A stretch of DNA of 64,000 bases, from positions 19,228 through 83,227 of the IMG/VR virus record IMGVR_UViG_3300021518_000005; one strand, 5' to 3'. The translations under genes were made by a program, and so were the position numbers. This document shows, piece by piece, positions 39,315 through 49,025 of the stretch. The first letter of the stretch is position 1; each line of letters opens with the position of its first letter. The notes beneath the pieces were generated by a model. The model ran no database searches. It was not told the DNA's origin and saw nothing but the letters and a program-made list of their open reading frames with translations. This DNA is from a virus.

Positions 39315-40328
39315 TTATAATCCCCTTTTTAACTTTAATGCTTTTGCCATATCCCAACCGGCATTCAGTGCGTCGTCAATCTTTAGTCCAGCCTGTACCA
39401 TGGCATCAGGAAGATGGATAACCCTGGCATACCAGCCAACCGACTCCATAACACGCTGTACGAATTGCGCGCCAGCAGCATCAGGATCGGCAGCAATAAA
39501 GACATCGCCCGTAATGTATTCCGCCCATTCCGGCTTCCATTGCCCCTCACCTGTCGTTGGAGAGAGCACACACACATCGTAGTCTAAAAGTGCTTGTGCG
39601 ACTCGAATCGCTTTAATCTCCCCACCAACAATAAAAAACAGCTTTGGCGAAGGACTTGTATAGATGCTGTACGGCACAGCAACAGCCCTCCCATCATCAG
39701 CGGGCTTCCAGGGCCGATACGCACGCTTGCCCTGTGTTGATCGCTTTCGAGCGCCCACATAGCCTTGTACGTCATAATCCATCGGCGGCGTAATGGGAAT
39801 TGTAGCCCAAGAGCGCCCATTCACATAGCCGCCCAACTTCAGATCATCCATTGTTGAGCGATGAATGCCACGAGACGCCCACCACGTCGATAACCATTCC
39901 TCATGCCCGTGCTCGTAGGTATGCGCAATGAAATCATCCAGATCTCGTGGCTCATAGCCACACACAGAGCAAAAGGCTGGTGAGTGCTCGTATTCTTCTT
40001 GTTGCTTTTTGGCCCTACCCGCACGATTTGGCTTTGGTAGTTCGCATCGCTCTATCGCGCCATTACTCAAGCGATCAAGTACCTGCTTAAACGTCTCGCT
40101 ATACTTCCACTGCGCAAAGTCAAATATATCGCCGTGTGCGCCGCAACCAAAACAATGATAGTGATCGCCATAGATAGCAAGCGCCTCCGTGCGCGTGTTC
40201 TCGTGAAACGGACAAAAGGCCATAGCCGTTTTGCCTGTCATTTTTCCGAACTGCACACCATGCGCGGCCATAAAATCGGCTAAATCATAGCGGCGCTTCA
40301 CATCATCTCGAATGTCGTTTGTGCTCAT
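39315..40328 (-). CDS. DNA primase (CHC2 zinc finger + Toprim)
   Basis: CPFH...YHCFGCG..GD; GE..A; DPDAAG. Confidence 0.88.
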   Translation of the reverse strand: MSTNDIRDDVKRRYDLADFMAAHGVQFGKMTGKTAMAFCPFHENTRTEALAIYGDHYHCFGCGAHGDIFDFAQWKYSETFKQVLDRLSNGAIERCELPKPNRAGRAKKQQEEYEHSPAFCSVCGYEPRDLDDFIAHTYEHGHEEWLSTWWASRGIHRSTMDDLKLGGYVNGRSWATIPITPPMDYDVQGYVGARKRSTQGKRAYRPWKPADDGRAVAVPYSIYTSPSPKLFFIVGGEIKAIRVAQALLDYDVCVLSPTTGEGQWKPEWAEYITGDVFIAADPDAAGAQFVQRVMESVGWYARVIHLPDAMVQAGLKIDDALNAGWDMAKALKLKRGL

Positions 40329-40452
40329 GGATCATGCTCAATACATACACAGAAGAATGAGTAATCGGGGCGCGAAGTGAATGCGCCCCCACTTCTTACT
40401 ATGCTACCATGTCCTGCTACTTGATCAACTGCAAGCCTCGTTATTTGGCTCT

Positions 40453-40869
40453 CTAAAAGGGAATATTTTCGTCTTCCACTTCCTCTACGGGCTTCGACTG
40501 ATTACGCGGTGCAGGCCGATTTGCTGGTGCTTGTGGAGCAATAGCACCCTGTTCTTTAGAGTCCAGCAGTACCAACTTCGTTACACGCCACTTGATAGCG
40601 CTGCGATCCTGCCCTGTCTGCTTGTCGTTCCAAGTTTCTGTTTTCGGTTCAGCCTCAAAATAGATTTTTGAGCCTTTCTTCGTGTACTTGGACAGTACTT
40701 CTGCTAACTTATCCCACGCGACAATCGATAGCCATTCGGTGTATTTATTGTCACCATAGCCCAAATTTGCGGCGACGCTCACTGATGCCACCGCGTTCCC
40801 GTTTGCTGTATGTCGCAGCTCAGGATCGCTACCAAGATTCCCAATAGCCGATAGACTTGCGTATGACAT
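40453..40869 (-). CDS. ssb: single-stranded DNA-binding protein
   Basis: IGNLGSDPELR, KKGS, C-terminal DENIPF. Confidence 0.95.
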   Translation of the reverse strand: MSYASLSAIGNLGSDPELRHTANGNAVASVSVAANLGYGDNKYTEWLSIVAWDKLAEVLSKYTKKGSKIYFEAEPKTETWNDKQTGQDRSAIKWRVTKLVLLDSKEQGAIAPQAPANRPAPRNQSKPVEEVEDENIPF

Positions 40870-41079
40870 TCGTATTTCTCCTGTTTGTGATGCGGCACAT
40901 GCCGCGCTTATCTGTACGTCAACATCATATCATAACGTGATATTATTTGTCAAATAATTGCTCGATACAAAAATACTCAGCATTACAAAGCCATGCACTC
41001 AAAGCGGAATATCATTTGACAACGTGAATTTCATGGATACAATACATATGGACATTTGTTTTTCTCACGAAAGGAACGT

Positions 41080-42105
41080 ATGGACGTATCGAGTAAACGT
41101 GCGCAATTTCGTAAGTTTTACGATTCACTTTCTGGTGCAGGGCTGCCGGAACATGAAATTCAGCGCATTATCACCACACAAATGGATATTGCCGTGGGAC
41201 GCTACCATGGCTACAAAACAGAACTCGGATTATCAAACGGTGGGCATGGCTATCATCGAGAGCCACAAGAGCGTATTGCTATCCCTCAGCCTGCACCGCG
41301 CCGATTTCCCGATCCCATTCGATTGCCAGATGAAAACGCGCTGATTGTTGGCGATCTCCATTGCCCGTATCATCACTCACGACTGCTTGAAATTGCATTC
41401 CGCGTTGCACAGGCCATGGATATGGAGCGTATCGTATTCCAGGGTGACAGCCTGAATGCTGATGAGGTCTCAACACACGAAAAAGATTTTTGGGTTGAAG
41501 ATTTAGAGTTTGAAATGGCAACAAGCGGCGATGTACTGAAAGCTGCTGCACATCGTTTTAAGCAAGTCGTGATCCTTCCTGGCAATCACGATCAGCGCAT
41601 TGCAAAGCGCATGGATGCACATTTCCAGTTCAAGCGGCTGGTGCGTTCAATGATTGACGATGACTTGCCAGCTGAAATTTTAGTCAGTGAACACGATTGG
41701 ATTAGCCTTGGAGAAACCTGGGATGTGGGGCATTTATCGCAATACAGCCGCATGGCTGGCAAGAAGGCTAGCAGTATCGGGAATACACGAAAACGCCACG
41801 TCGCAGTGGGGCATGATCACATGCAGGGCGCGGTGCTGACAAACGAAGGGTATTTAGGGGTTTCGGTAGGATGTATGCTTCATCCTGAGAAGTTTTTCTA
41901 CAAAGAGCGGCGGCTAAACGATTATCCTGAATGGCAGAATGGTTTTTTGATTATCCGCGATGGAGCGCCGTATTTGTTTAGTGAGTATGGTAGTTCGGTC
42001 TTGAACGGCTACGGCAAAAAGCCTTGGGCGTGGTGGGAAAGCATGTTAGGAATTGAACTTATGGAAGTGATGGAGGATGCCAAAGACGTACACCAAGCGG
42101 CGTAG
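41080..42105 (+). CDS. calcineurin-like metallophosphoesterase
   Basis: GDLH, GD, GNHD, GH, GHDH. Confidence 0.88.
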   Translation: MDVSSKRAQFRKFYDSLSGAGLPEHEIQRIITTQMDIAVGRYHGYKTELGLSNGGHGYHREPQERIAIPQPAPRRFPDPIRLPDENALIVGDLHCPYHHSRLLEIAFRVAQAMDMERIVFQGDSLNADEVSTHEKDFWVEDLEFEMATSGDVLKAAAHRFKQVVILPGNHDQRIAKRMDAHFQFKRLVRSMIDDDLPAEILVSEHDWISLGETWDVGHLSQYSRMAGKKASSIGNTRKRHVAVGHDHMQGAVLTNEGYLGVSVGCMLHPEKFFYKERRLNDYPEWQNGFLIIRDGAPYLFSEYGSSVLNGYGKKPWAWWESMLGIELMEVMEDAKDVHQAA

Positions 42106-42379
42106 GCCGATACATCCCGATGCGCAATTACAACAATTAGCCTGGAATATGATTGTAGTCGCCATTAAAGATATTGCCAAGCCGAAATTAACAAAATTTT
42201 ATACAAACGCTGACTACGAACAAACAGTCGATGAAATTCTCGACTGGATAGGAACTAAGCATTTTTATGCCGTGTGTCTCGTAGCCGGACTTAATCCTGG
42301 CAAGGTTCGCGGCATTATCGAACAAGCAAGCGGTATCACGCCAGATTTTATACATAATGGCATGCCGTATTCAGTATAA
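42077..42379 (+). CDS. hypothetical protein
   Basis: GGAGG SD; LA..IV..AI.D pattern. Confidence 0.55.
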   Translation: MPKTYTKRRRPIHPDAQLQQLAWNMIVVAIKDIAKPKLTKFYTNADYEQTVDEILDWIGTKHFYAVCLVAGLNPGKVRGIIEQASGITPDFIHNGMPYSV

Positions 42380-42413
42380 AACAAGGCCGGTAGATAATCC
42401 TACCGGCCTTGCT

Positions 42414-42797
42414 TTACTCTTCTGGCTTTTTGCGCGGGCGATACTGGCGATAGCATCGCACAAGATCATCGACAAACACAAGCCGATCTCTATCGGTTAG
42501 TCCTTCAAGTACCGGCAAATGAATACGTCCCTTCCCTGGCTTGCCTTTTGTCCAGCTATCGATAGTCGCTGCCGGAACCTTCAACAAGCGGGCTGCACGC
42601 GGGATACTGATGATGTACGCCCCAAGCGTGCCAGCCTGGTATAACTGCTTCAAAAATCCAACAATCGGATCGCGATCAGGATCGTACTGATCAATATCGT
42701 ACAATGGCCCTGATGGTTTCACATCATCACTGCTCATTACCGCACCCACATGCAGCACAACGCGGGGCTGCACACTAGACACTCGTTTTTGTTTCAT
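42414..42797 (-). CDS. HTH-containing protein
   Basis: ISIPRAARLLKVPAATIDSW. Confidence 0.55.
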   Translation of the reverse strand: MKQKRVSSVQPRVVLHVGAVMSSDDVKPSGPLYDIDQYDPDRDPIVGFLKQLYQAGTLGAYIISIPRAARLLKVPAATIDSWTKGKPGKGRIHLPVLEGLTDRDRLVFVDDLVRCYRQYRPRKKPEE

Positions 42798-43059
42798 ATT
42801 GTCTTATCAAGCCTGTATATGATACGCGGTCTTGCGCACCTTGTCAACGACCAATTAGCGCCGCTTGCCCTGTGGAGCCGCGTGCTTGAGTTCACGCCAG
42901 ACATAAAACGAGATAAAGCCTACATCGGACTCGCTTAAATCTGCGGTGCTGTCGTCTCGAATAAGTCGATCAATATCCACGAGTGCTAACTCAGCAGCAG
43001 CATCACCGATACTGGCGTACAATTCCAGAGCAAACAAATCACCAGCCTGAACAAGGACT

Positions 43060-44082
43060 TCATCTCGTGTCGTTCGCACCGTCTACCTCCTGGACATTCA
43101 GTAATCGTGTAATTGTCTGCTGATCGCGTGCTTCCTGGGCGCGCTGTTGCCGTTTCGAGACCGTTACCGGCCCCTGCTGCTCCATTTTTTTGCCAATCTT
43201 CATCAGCGCTTGCCCGCGTGCTGTGCTATACTGCTCTTCACTCAGCAGCGGCTCTCGTGGCACATCAAGTGCATCCTCAATACTGCCCATCCATTCCCCA
43301 AGCACATCCGAATCTTTGAGTTGAAATTTAATGGCGCTTTTTGAGACTAATTCAAACCCGCCACCAAGATCAATAAGTGTTTTCTGGATACCTTGATACA
43401 GTGCTTTCCCAAACAACGCAATCTGCTTGCGCTCTTCGGGAAGCAGTTCAGCCCAATTTTTCATACACAACATTTGATACTGGATAAGCTGCGCCCGAAG
43501 CGAGGCAAGATCAGCCTTAATCATCATCTCGTAGCGTGTTACTTGATGCGCTTGATCAATGTGGCTCACAAACTCTTTCATACTCACAGGAGTCCACACC
43601 AGTGCAGGCATGCCAATAAAGCCGACAACGCCAATAACAACCATCCAGACTTCCATCTGACTAGCAACGATTGCGGGCTGTGCAAGCCAGAACGAATACG
43701 ACACATGCACACTGTACCCAAGCAGGACAAAAAACATCGTTGCAGCAGCGATTTGGCCGTATGTTTTGCTGCGTGTTTTAGCGAGCAGCATACCAGCCGG
43801 ACTCCATGGCAAGAAAAAACTCGCTAGTCCTGGCGTACCAAATACAATGATCGCCGTGAATGCAACAGCGAGCACCACATTACCGCCCATCAACATCCAA
43901 TGAATAGCACCCCAATATGCTGCACTTGCACAAATACCAAGCGCAGCGAGCCAATGCAACAACGTTTGACTTGTCCACCCTTCATGACTTGCGCGCTCCC
44001 GTCGCGCATACTCTAGATAGCGTTGCAATCCCCCCATGACAACTCCATTACTAAATATCATACCTATATATGATGGTATCAT
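43060..44082 (-). CDS. multi-TM membrane protein with helical C-terminal domain
   Basis: four hydrophobic helices. Confidence 0.65.
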   Translation of the reverse strand: MIPSYIGMIFSNGVVMGGLQRYLEYARRERASHEGWTSQTLLHWLAALGICASAAYWGAIHWMLMGGNVVLAVAFTAIIVFGTPGLASFFLPWSPAGMLLAKTRSKTYGQIAAATMFFVLLGYSVHVSYSFWLAQPAIVASQMEVWMVVIGVVGFIGMPALVWTPVSMKEFVSHIDQAHQVTRYEMMIKADLASLRAQLIQYQMLCMKNWAELLPEERKQIALFGKALYQGIQKTLIDLGGGFELVSKSAIKFQLKDSDVLGEWMGSIEDALDVPREPLLSEEQYSTARGQALMKIGKKMEQQGPVTVSKRQQRAQEARDQQTITRLLNVQEVDGANDTR

Positions 44083-44169
44083 GTCTACAAATGATTGTCA
44101 AATGGTACTATAAAGCGCCCTGCAATGCGTATTACAGCATCACAAGGCGCTACAACGTGTTCAACTAAT

Positions 44170-44721
44170 CTAATTCACGCCGTAAATACTCATGTAGTCC
44201 AGTGGATTAACATTAACCCCATTTCTCCATAGCTCGAAATGAAGATGCACGCCGGTTGACATGCCTGTAGATCCCATCAAGCCCAATACATCACCCGGCC
44301 TTACCTGTTGCCCGTCCTCTACTTTGATATGTGACAAGTGACAATACTTCGTCATCCATTCATCGCCTTGCACGATAACGCAATTACCACCCGGCCATGT
44401 ATCGTGATGCGCCGCTACTGTACCAGCATGCACGGCATACAGTGGTGCGTCAACACTTAACGCCGGTATACCAGCGACAATTACATCAATCCCGCCCCAC
44501 GCCGCGCCCTGTGCCGCATGTGTCGGCCCATAGTAATCCTGTGTCATAAACGCCTGTTGTGGCCCGAGCGGGCTTTGAAATGGCGCTACGTGGCTTGAGG
44601 CTTTCACTTCGCCCATTATACCTTGTAGGCTCTGATATGGTACCGACCATCCTAGCATGTTCGGATTCGCACAGCCGTACACGAGAAAAAGTACAACTGA
44701 GATAGTAATAATGTTGCGCAT
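44170..44721 (-). CDS. M23 family peptidase with N-terminal signal peptide
   Basis: H...GID, Y.HL, GSTG.STG.HLHFE. Confidence 0.9.
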   Translation of the reverse strand: MRNIITISVVLFLVYGCANPNMLGWSVPYQSLQGIMGEVKASSHVAPFQSPLGPQQAFMTQDYYGPTHAAQGAAWGGIDVIVAGIPALSVDAPLYAVHAGTVAAHHDTWPGGNCVIVQGDEWMTKYCHLSHIKVEDGQQVRPGDVLGLMGSTGMSTGVHLHFELWRNGVNVNPLDYMSIYGVN

Positions 44722-44772
44722 AGAATAAAAAAGCGCCGGAGTGTTCCGGCGCTTTTCCTTTCTTCTCCCATT

Positions 44773-45636
44773 TCAGGCAGCCTGAAATTCTTCTTCCGTT
44801 TCGACTGCTAAAGCTTTCGTTCGCTCGATTTCATCACGCAACTCTTGCACCGACAATGCCGCTGCGGTCTCTGGAGTCATTGGCGGTAGTGCCGCGCCAC
44901 GATCACGCGCTACCTTGCGCTCTGCCTGCAAGAGCTTAATCAGGTCGCCCGTGCGTTCGTGTGGAGCACCTTCTGAAAGCCAATCAACAAGCGCCTTGCC
45001 AAAGGATTCACCTGGCTTGTCAATCGTCTTGTCCTGGAACCTACCAGTACGATCTTTAATGACATTCGCGATATGCTCAACACTAATTTCAATGAGCATG
45101 TCAAACTCGTATTCAATACCCTTGCCCTGCTCTGGCGACAAGCCCACGCGCTTCGGTGCGCTTTTCCCGTTGTGCTGCTCTGTAATCCATTCTGTCTTGC
45201 TGCGCATTGTGGCAATAACATGCCCTGGATAATCGAGGATGGCATCAATAAGCTGGCGCTGTTTTGGCGTGCCTTCGCTCCATGCGCTCCACGAATTGCC
45301 TTTGTATTTCGCCTTTGCAAGGCGCTCGACTTCTTCTAGTAATTCTTGCCATGCATGCGAAAGGCTGTCAATCACAAGCACGTTATAGCCTTGCTTTGCC
45401 GCTGCACGAATGGCCTCACAGTACGTGTCAATGTCTTTGTTCGGCAATTCCAAGACATCAAAATCAAAGCGATCAGAGTACTTGGATGCGCTCCCGCGCT
45501 CTGTGTCAATAAATGCAATTGGCCCACCGATGCCCGTGGCGATCCTCAGTGCTGTAAACGTTTTGCCTGCACCAGATGGCCCGAACAGCGCCGCCCGTAA
45601 TTTTGCTTGCTTTTTGGTAGCTCTCGTGAATTGCAT
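44773..45636 (-). CDS. AAA_24 / Sak4-like ATPase
   Basis: GPSGAGKT, IDTE, VIDSLSHAW, EYEFD. Confidence 0.85.
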   Translation of the reverse strand: MQFTRATKKQAKLRAALFGPSGAGKTFTALRIATGIGGPIAFIDTERGSASKYSDRFDFDVLELPNKDIDTYCEAIRAAAKQGYNVLVIDSLSHAWQELLEEVERLAKAKYKGNSWSAWSEGTPKQRQLIDAILDYPGHVIATMRSKTEWITEQHNGKSAPKRVGLSPEQGKGIEYEFDMLIEISVEHIANVIKDRTGRFQDKTIDKPGESFGKALVDWLSEGAPHERTGDLIKLLQAERKVARDRGAALPPMTPETAAALSVQELRDEIERTKALAVETEEEFQAA

Positions 45637-45671
45637 AAAAAATACTCCTAGTGATGTTGATGACTAGGAGT

Positions 45672-45700
45672 ATCTTACCATATCGGTATGAAGTTGTCAA
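45672..45700 (-). promoter_or_regulatory. promoter/operator copy 12
   Basis: TTGACA-17-TAAGAT; TCTTACC-ATATC-GGTATGA. Confidence 0.85.
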
Positions 45701-45701
45701 T

Positions 45702-46415
45702 CTACCAGCATACAGACTCCTCTTTGCCGCTTGCCCACGCCATAACTGCACAATCAACAAAACTTTTGTAGCCCTGTACGTCGTTTTCAAACGCTGGCGC
45801 ATACACGGGAATGACATCGGTAACGGTGCGATGTCCACGACCCTGGATATACTCCGTTTCGATGAGATGGAACCAATCGTAAATACCGCTACGCCAGTCA
45901 GGATAATCGCGAAAGCGCCCGTGACATGCGCCCTGCCAAAATGGACTACGACCGGCACAAATGATATTCCCGATGTTATGTGTGTGTGTACCGTCTGCTT
46001 TCCAGCCCGCCCAACCTGAAGCTGTGCCAGCACTCGACTCCATAATAAAAAATGCAAGGGCTATCATCGGATTGATACCGTATTCTTTACCCGCTTTTAT
46101 CCAAAGGTTGCCCGTGCCGACAGCTGGCGACTGATACCGCGTCAAGATGGCCTCTATATCGGCTTCTGTGCCGCTTGGAGCGCCTTTCAGCACCACAGAG
46201 CCTTCATGTGTCTCTGGCGGCGCTACATCCTCCTGAAGCGGTTGAACGACCTCAACAGCAACAACAGGCTGTGGTTGCTGGTGTGTCAACAACCAGCAAC
46301 CAGCAATACATACAATTAGTGTCAGCCACAATACAGAAGAAGACTCGCGTGGTGCAGGCTGCGCCGCAAGCAAGCCAAAATAGACAATATCATCATCAAT
46401 GTCCCAATTATCCAT
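45702..46415 (-). CDS. membrane-anchored glucosaminidase/lysozyme-like muralytic protein
   Basis: TM helix; YGINP..ALA...ES..G, NIGNI, Y..W..GI, I..YAP. Confidence 0.75.
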   Translation of the reverse strand: MDNWDIDDDIVYFGLLAAQPAPRESSSVLWLTLIVCIAGCWLLTHQQPQPVVAVEVVQPLQEDVAPPETHEGSVVLKGAPSGTEADIEAILTRYQSPAVGTGNLWIKAGKEYGINPMIALAFFIMESSAGTASGWAGWKADGTHTHNIGNIICAGRSPFWQGACHGRFRDYPDWRSGIYDWFHLIETEYIQGRGHRTVTDVIPVYAPAFENDVQGYKSFVDCAVMAWASGKEESVCW

Positions 46416-46980
46416 CGACACTCCTCTCAATCGTAGGCACAACCCGCCATCCATGCAAAATGGGCGAATGGCCTGCAATAAGATGGCACAGTTCCTCAAA
46501 GACAAGGCCATGATCATGAGCAAATGCGTACACATCCGCAATGTTGCTGTAGAGTATACCGTCCGGCCCCAATAACGATAGTCCCGTTTGTCGATCTGAA
46601 CACTGGCACACTGCCAATGGTACAATCTGATCGGCGCGTACATCTAATAATGCCCGTAGGCGCTCATATAATTCCTGGACAAAGACAACAACATGCCCGT
46701 GACGCGCTACCATGTCACGGCGATACTGATGTTGCTCTTCCAATAACTCCCGCAATCGATTATCCATCATCCCCTCGTACATCCTGCCTAACAAATGCCG
46801 ACACAGCACCATAACATGACACAAATTTATTGTCAAGTCTAATATCCATAGTGTGTATATTCCGTTCAAATTACACGATACAGAGCACGATAACAGGTGT
46901 GTGTTTTCGCACCTGCCTTCAGCGCGTGTGTAAAAACATACATGGCACTAGGACGCCATGCGCCGAAGAGAAATAGCGTT

Positions 46981-47150
46981 ATTCCGCATCACAATGCGGG
47001 GTGTGGAAACGCACAAGGGGGGGTGTGGGAATCCACACTCCAATAAATAAGGAAGCAGACATGATCATACAGACATGATCTTTGTTTGCATGCGGCAAAT
47101 GCATCGAACCTGCCGCGCTGCGCTTGGCCGCTCGCTGCGCTCACGCAAAA
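46981..47150. repeat. origin-like region B, related to region A
   Basis: attccgc.tc.caatgcg..gtgtggaaacgc shared with 9047-9078; CAGACATGATC x2; gcgctgcgcttg..cgctc.ctgcg shared with ~9317-9345. Confidence 0.65.
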
Positions 47151-47392
47151 ACGTTCCGCCATTTTTCTTTTTTCTGTCTAAGGCGTAATCAGCATGCTCA
47201 AGAAGAGACGTATGTTCGTCGTTACTTCAATACTGTGGATGCTCTGTTCACACAACTCTTCCAGGCTGTACAGAAAGGCTCAGAATTAACAGAACGGGTA
47301 TATATGGTATCTCTGGATACGCAGTTCGACAGAATGGCTCTCAGCGCGTTTCAGGCACTAGCAAATTCGTTCAAAATTACTCGCAATTTCAT

Positions 47393-47421
47393 TTGACAAT
47401 ATCTTACCGACATGGTAAGAT
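47393..47421 (+). promoter_or_regulatory. promoter/operator copy 13, upstream of the RNA-guided nuclease
   Basis: TTGACA-17-TAAGAT; TCTTACC-GACAT-GGTAAGA. Confidence 0.85.
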
Positions 47422-47428
47422 GAGATGT

Positions 47429-49009
47429 ATGAAGATGAAGCGAGCGCCACGACCTCACACAATTGAACGCACGTACAAGTACCGCGTGTACTTAACACCG
47501 CATCAAGAACGCCTTATTGCCTCTTGGCAAGAGGTATTACACACCTTGCAGAGACGTGCAATTGTGGAGTATCGTGACTGGCTCAAGCATTCTAAGCAGC
47601 AACATGCGCTTGGATTGCAGCCAGAATACAAAGCGCCATCGTTTTTTTCATGGACAAAAGACCTGACACAGTGGCGGCATGATGATCTTGCTGTTGCTGC
47701 GGTGCCTTGTGAAATTGAGCGAGCCATACTGAGGCGTGTGTATCTCGCCTATCAAGCCATGTGGCAGAAATGGAAGCAAGGCAAGGAGGCGTGGCCGAAA
47801 TATGCACGACATAGCAAGGATATTGGTTTAACGTTTCAGGGTACTCATCGTGGTACACGTCTGCTTGCTGACACAGGGCGAATCCGACGATGGGTATTAG
47901 CTGGAAGTGGTGAACTTGGCACCATCAAGGTTCGCATGCATCGACCATTACCGGCAGGAGTCATTGTTAATCAAGTGCATTTGACGCCATCCGCCGATGG
48001 ATGGCATGCCTCGTTTACTTGCACTATTCCGGCTGTGGATGAATCATTGCCATCGACAGGCATGCAGATCGGTGTTGATCTGAACGTCAAGCACGATGGT
48101 GATGTGCAACAGGTTGCTGCTGTCAGTGATGCACGCCTGTATAAGCAGATCAGTCATCTCAAGCGCAATATGAAATTACTGGCGCATTTACAGAAAATGG
48201 CATCAAACCGGCGCGTGCATGCAAACGCTAAACACGCTGATCCTGCCAGTAAGCGCACGGCTAAACGTAAAGCACGAATTGCCAAAATCCACCAGCGCAT
48301 TCAACGGCAACGAGAGCATACGCAGCAGTATATTGCCAAGCGCCTTGTTGATAGTGCTGATGTGATTGTATTCGAGCAACTGAATCACACGGCGATGCGC
48401 AGTAGTGGCAAGAAAAAACGCAGTAAACAGGCAGAGTATATCGAGCCAGTATTGCCAACAAAAAAGAAGCGGGTTAAGCTTGGTTCAAAAGCGGCAGCCC
48501 GAAAACGAAAACGCGGCCTTAATCGTGCATTATCAACTGCTGCACCAGGTCGATTAATTGCCTTAACGAAAGAAAAGTCAGCCAAGGCAAGGCGTGATGT
48601 GCGTATGGTGCCAGCACACAATACATCACAGATGTGTTCAGTGTGTGGGGATATTAACAAGCATCAGAAAAAGACACTTGATATTCGTGCATGGACATGT
48701 GCCAAGTGTGGCGCACAGCACGATAGAGACATTAACGCGGCTCGGAACATTCGAGCACGCGGGTTAGGCGAAGAACCTACGTTCAGTGGGGGATTGCGCG
48801 GAGAGGCTGCTGCACCTCGGTGCGAACGGCAGTCGAAGGATAGTGATACGTCATTATCTGAGTACCGCGAAGTGGTTCAACCACAGGTGGTGAGAAACAC
48901 CGCCGATCACATACATCAACATACGACAGCAACGCTTGTTCGCAACTCGCGACGGAAAACACGCATTCCACAAGTTGCGGGACAAATGAGCTTTTTTGAT
49001 CACGTTTAG
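47429..49009 (+). CDS. tnpB: TnpB-derived compact type V (Cas12f/n-grade) RNA-guided nuclease, 526 aa
   Basis: TYKYRVYLT N-terminus; RuvC-I GVDLN, RuvC-II VFEQL, CSVC/CAKC zinc finger, RuvC-III DRDINAARNI; adjacent CRISPR array; no tnpA nearby. Confidence 0.9.
   Translation: MKMKRAPRPHTIERTYKYRVYLTPHQERLIASWQEVLHTLQRRAIVEYRDWLKHSKQQHALGLQPEYKAPSFFSWTKDLTQWRHDDLAVAAVPCEIERAILRRVYLAYQAMWQKWKQGKEAWPKYARHSKDIGLTFQGTHRGTRLLADTGRIRRWVLAGSGELGTIKVRMHRPLPAGVIVNQVHLTPSADGWHASFTCTIPAVDESLPSTGMQIGVDLNVKHDGDVQQVAAVSDARLYKQISHLKRNMKLLAHLQKMASNRRVHANAKHADPASKRTAKRKARIAKIHQRIQRQREHTQQYIAKRLVDSADVIVFEQLNHTAMRSSGKKKRSKQAEYIEPVLPTKKKRVKLGSKAAARKRKRGLNRALSTAAPGRLIALTKEKSAKARRDVRMVPAHNTSQMCSVCGDINKHQKKTLDIRAWTCAKCGAQHDRDINAARNIRARGLGEEPTFSGGLRGEAAAPRCERQSKDSDTSLSEYREVVQPQVVRNTADHIHQHTTATLVRNSRRKTRIPQVAGQMSFFDHV
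48906..48946 (+). ncRNA. putative tracrRNA anti-repeat inside the effector 3' end
   Basis: ATCACATACATCAACAT is a 15/17 match to the repeat reverse complement; CTTGTTCGCAAC complements the repeat 5' end with one bulge. Confidence 0.6.
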
Positions 49010-49025
49010 CGCATTCTGGTGCAGG

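Noticed and set aside
47082-47396. 104-aa ORF upstream of the nuclease as an accessory cas gene
   Set aside because: No SD or recognisable motif; it overlaps the origin-like region and the promoter
47429-49009. Ordinary IS200/IS605 or IS607 insertion
   Set aside because: No tnpA or recognisable IS ends; the gene has a phage operator-promoter and an adjacent array. A decayed IS origin is not excluded
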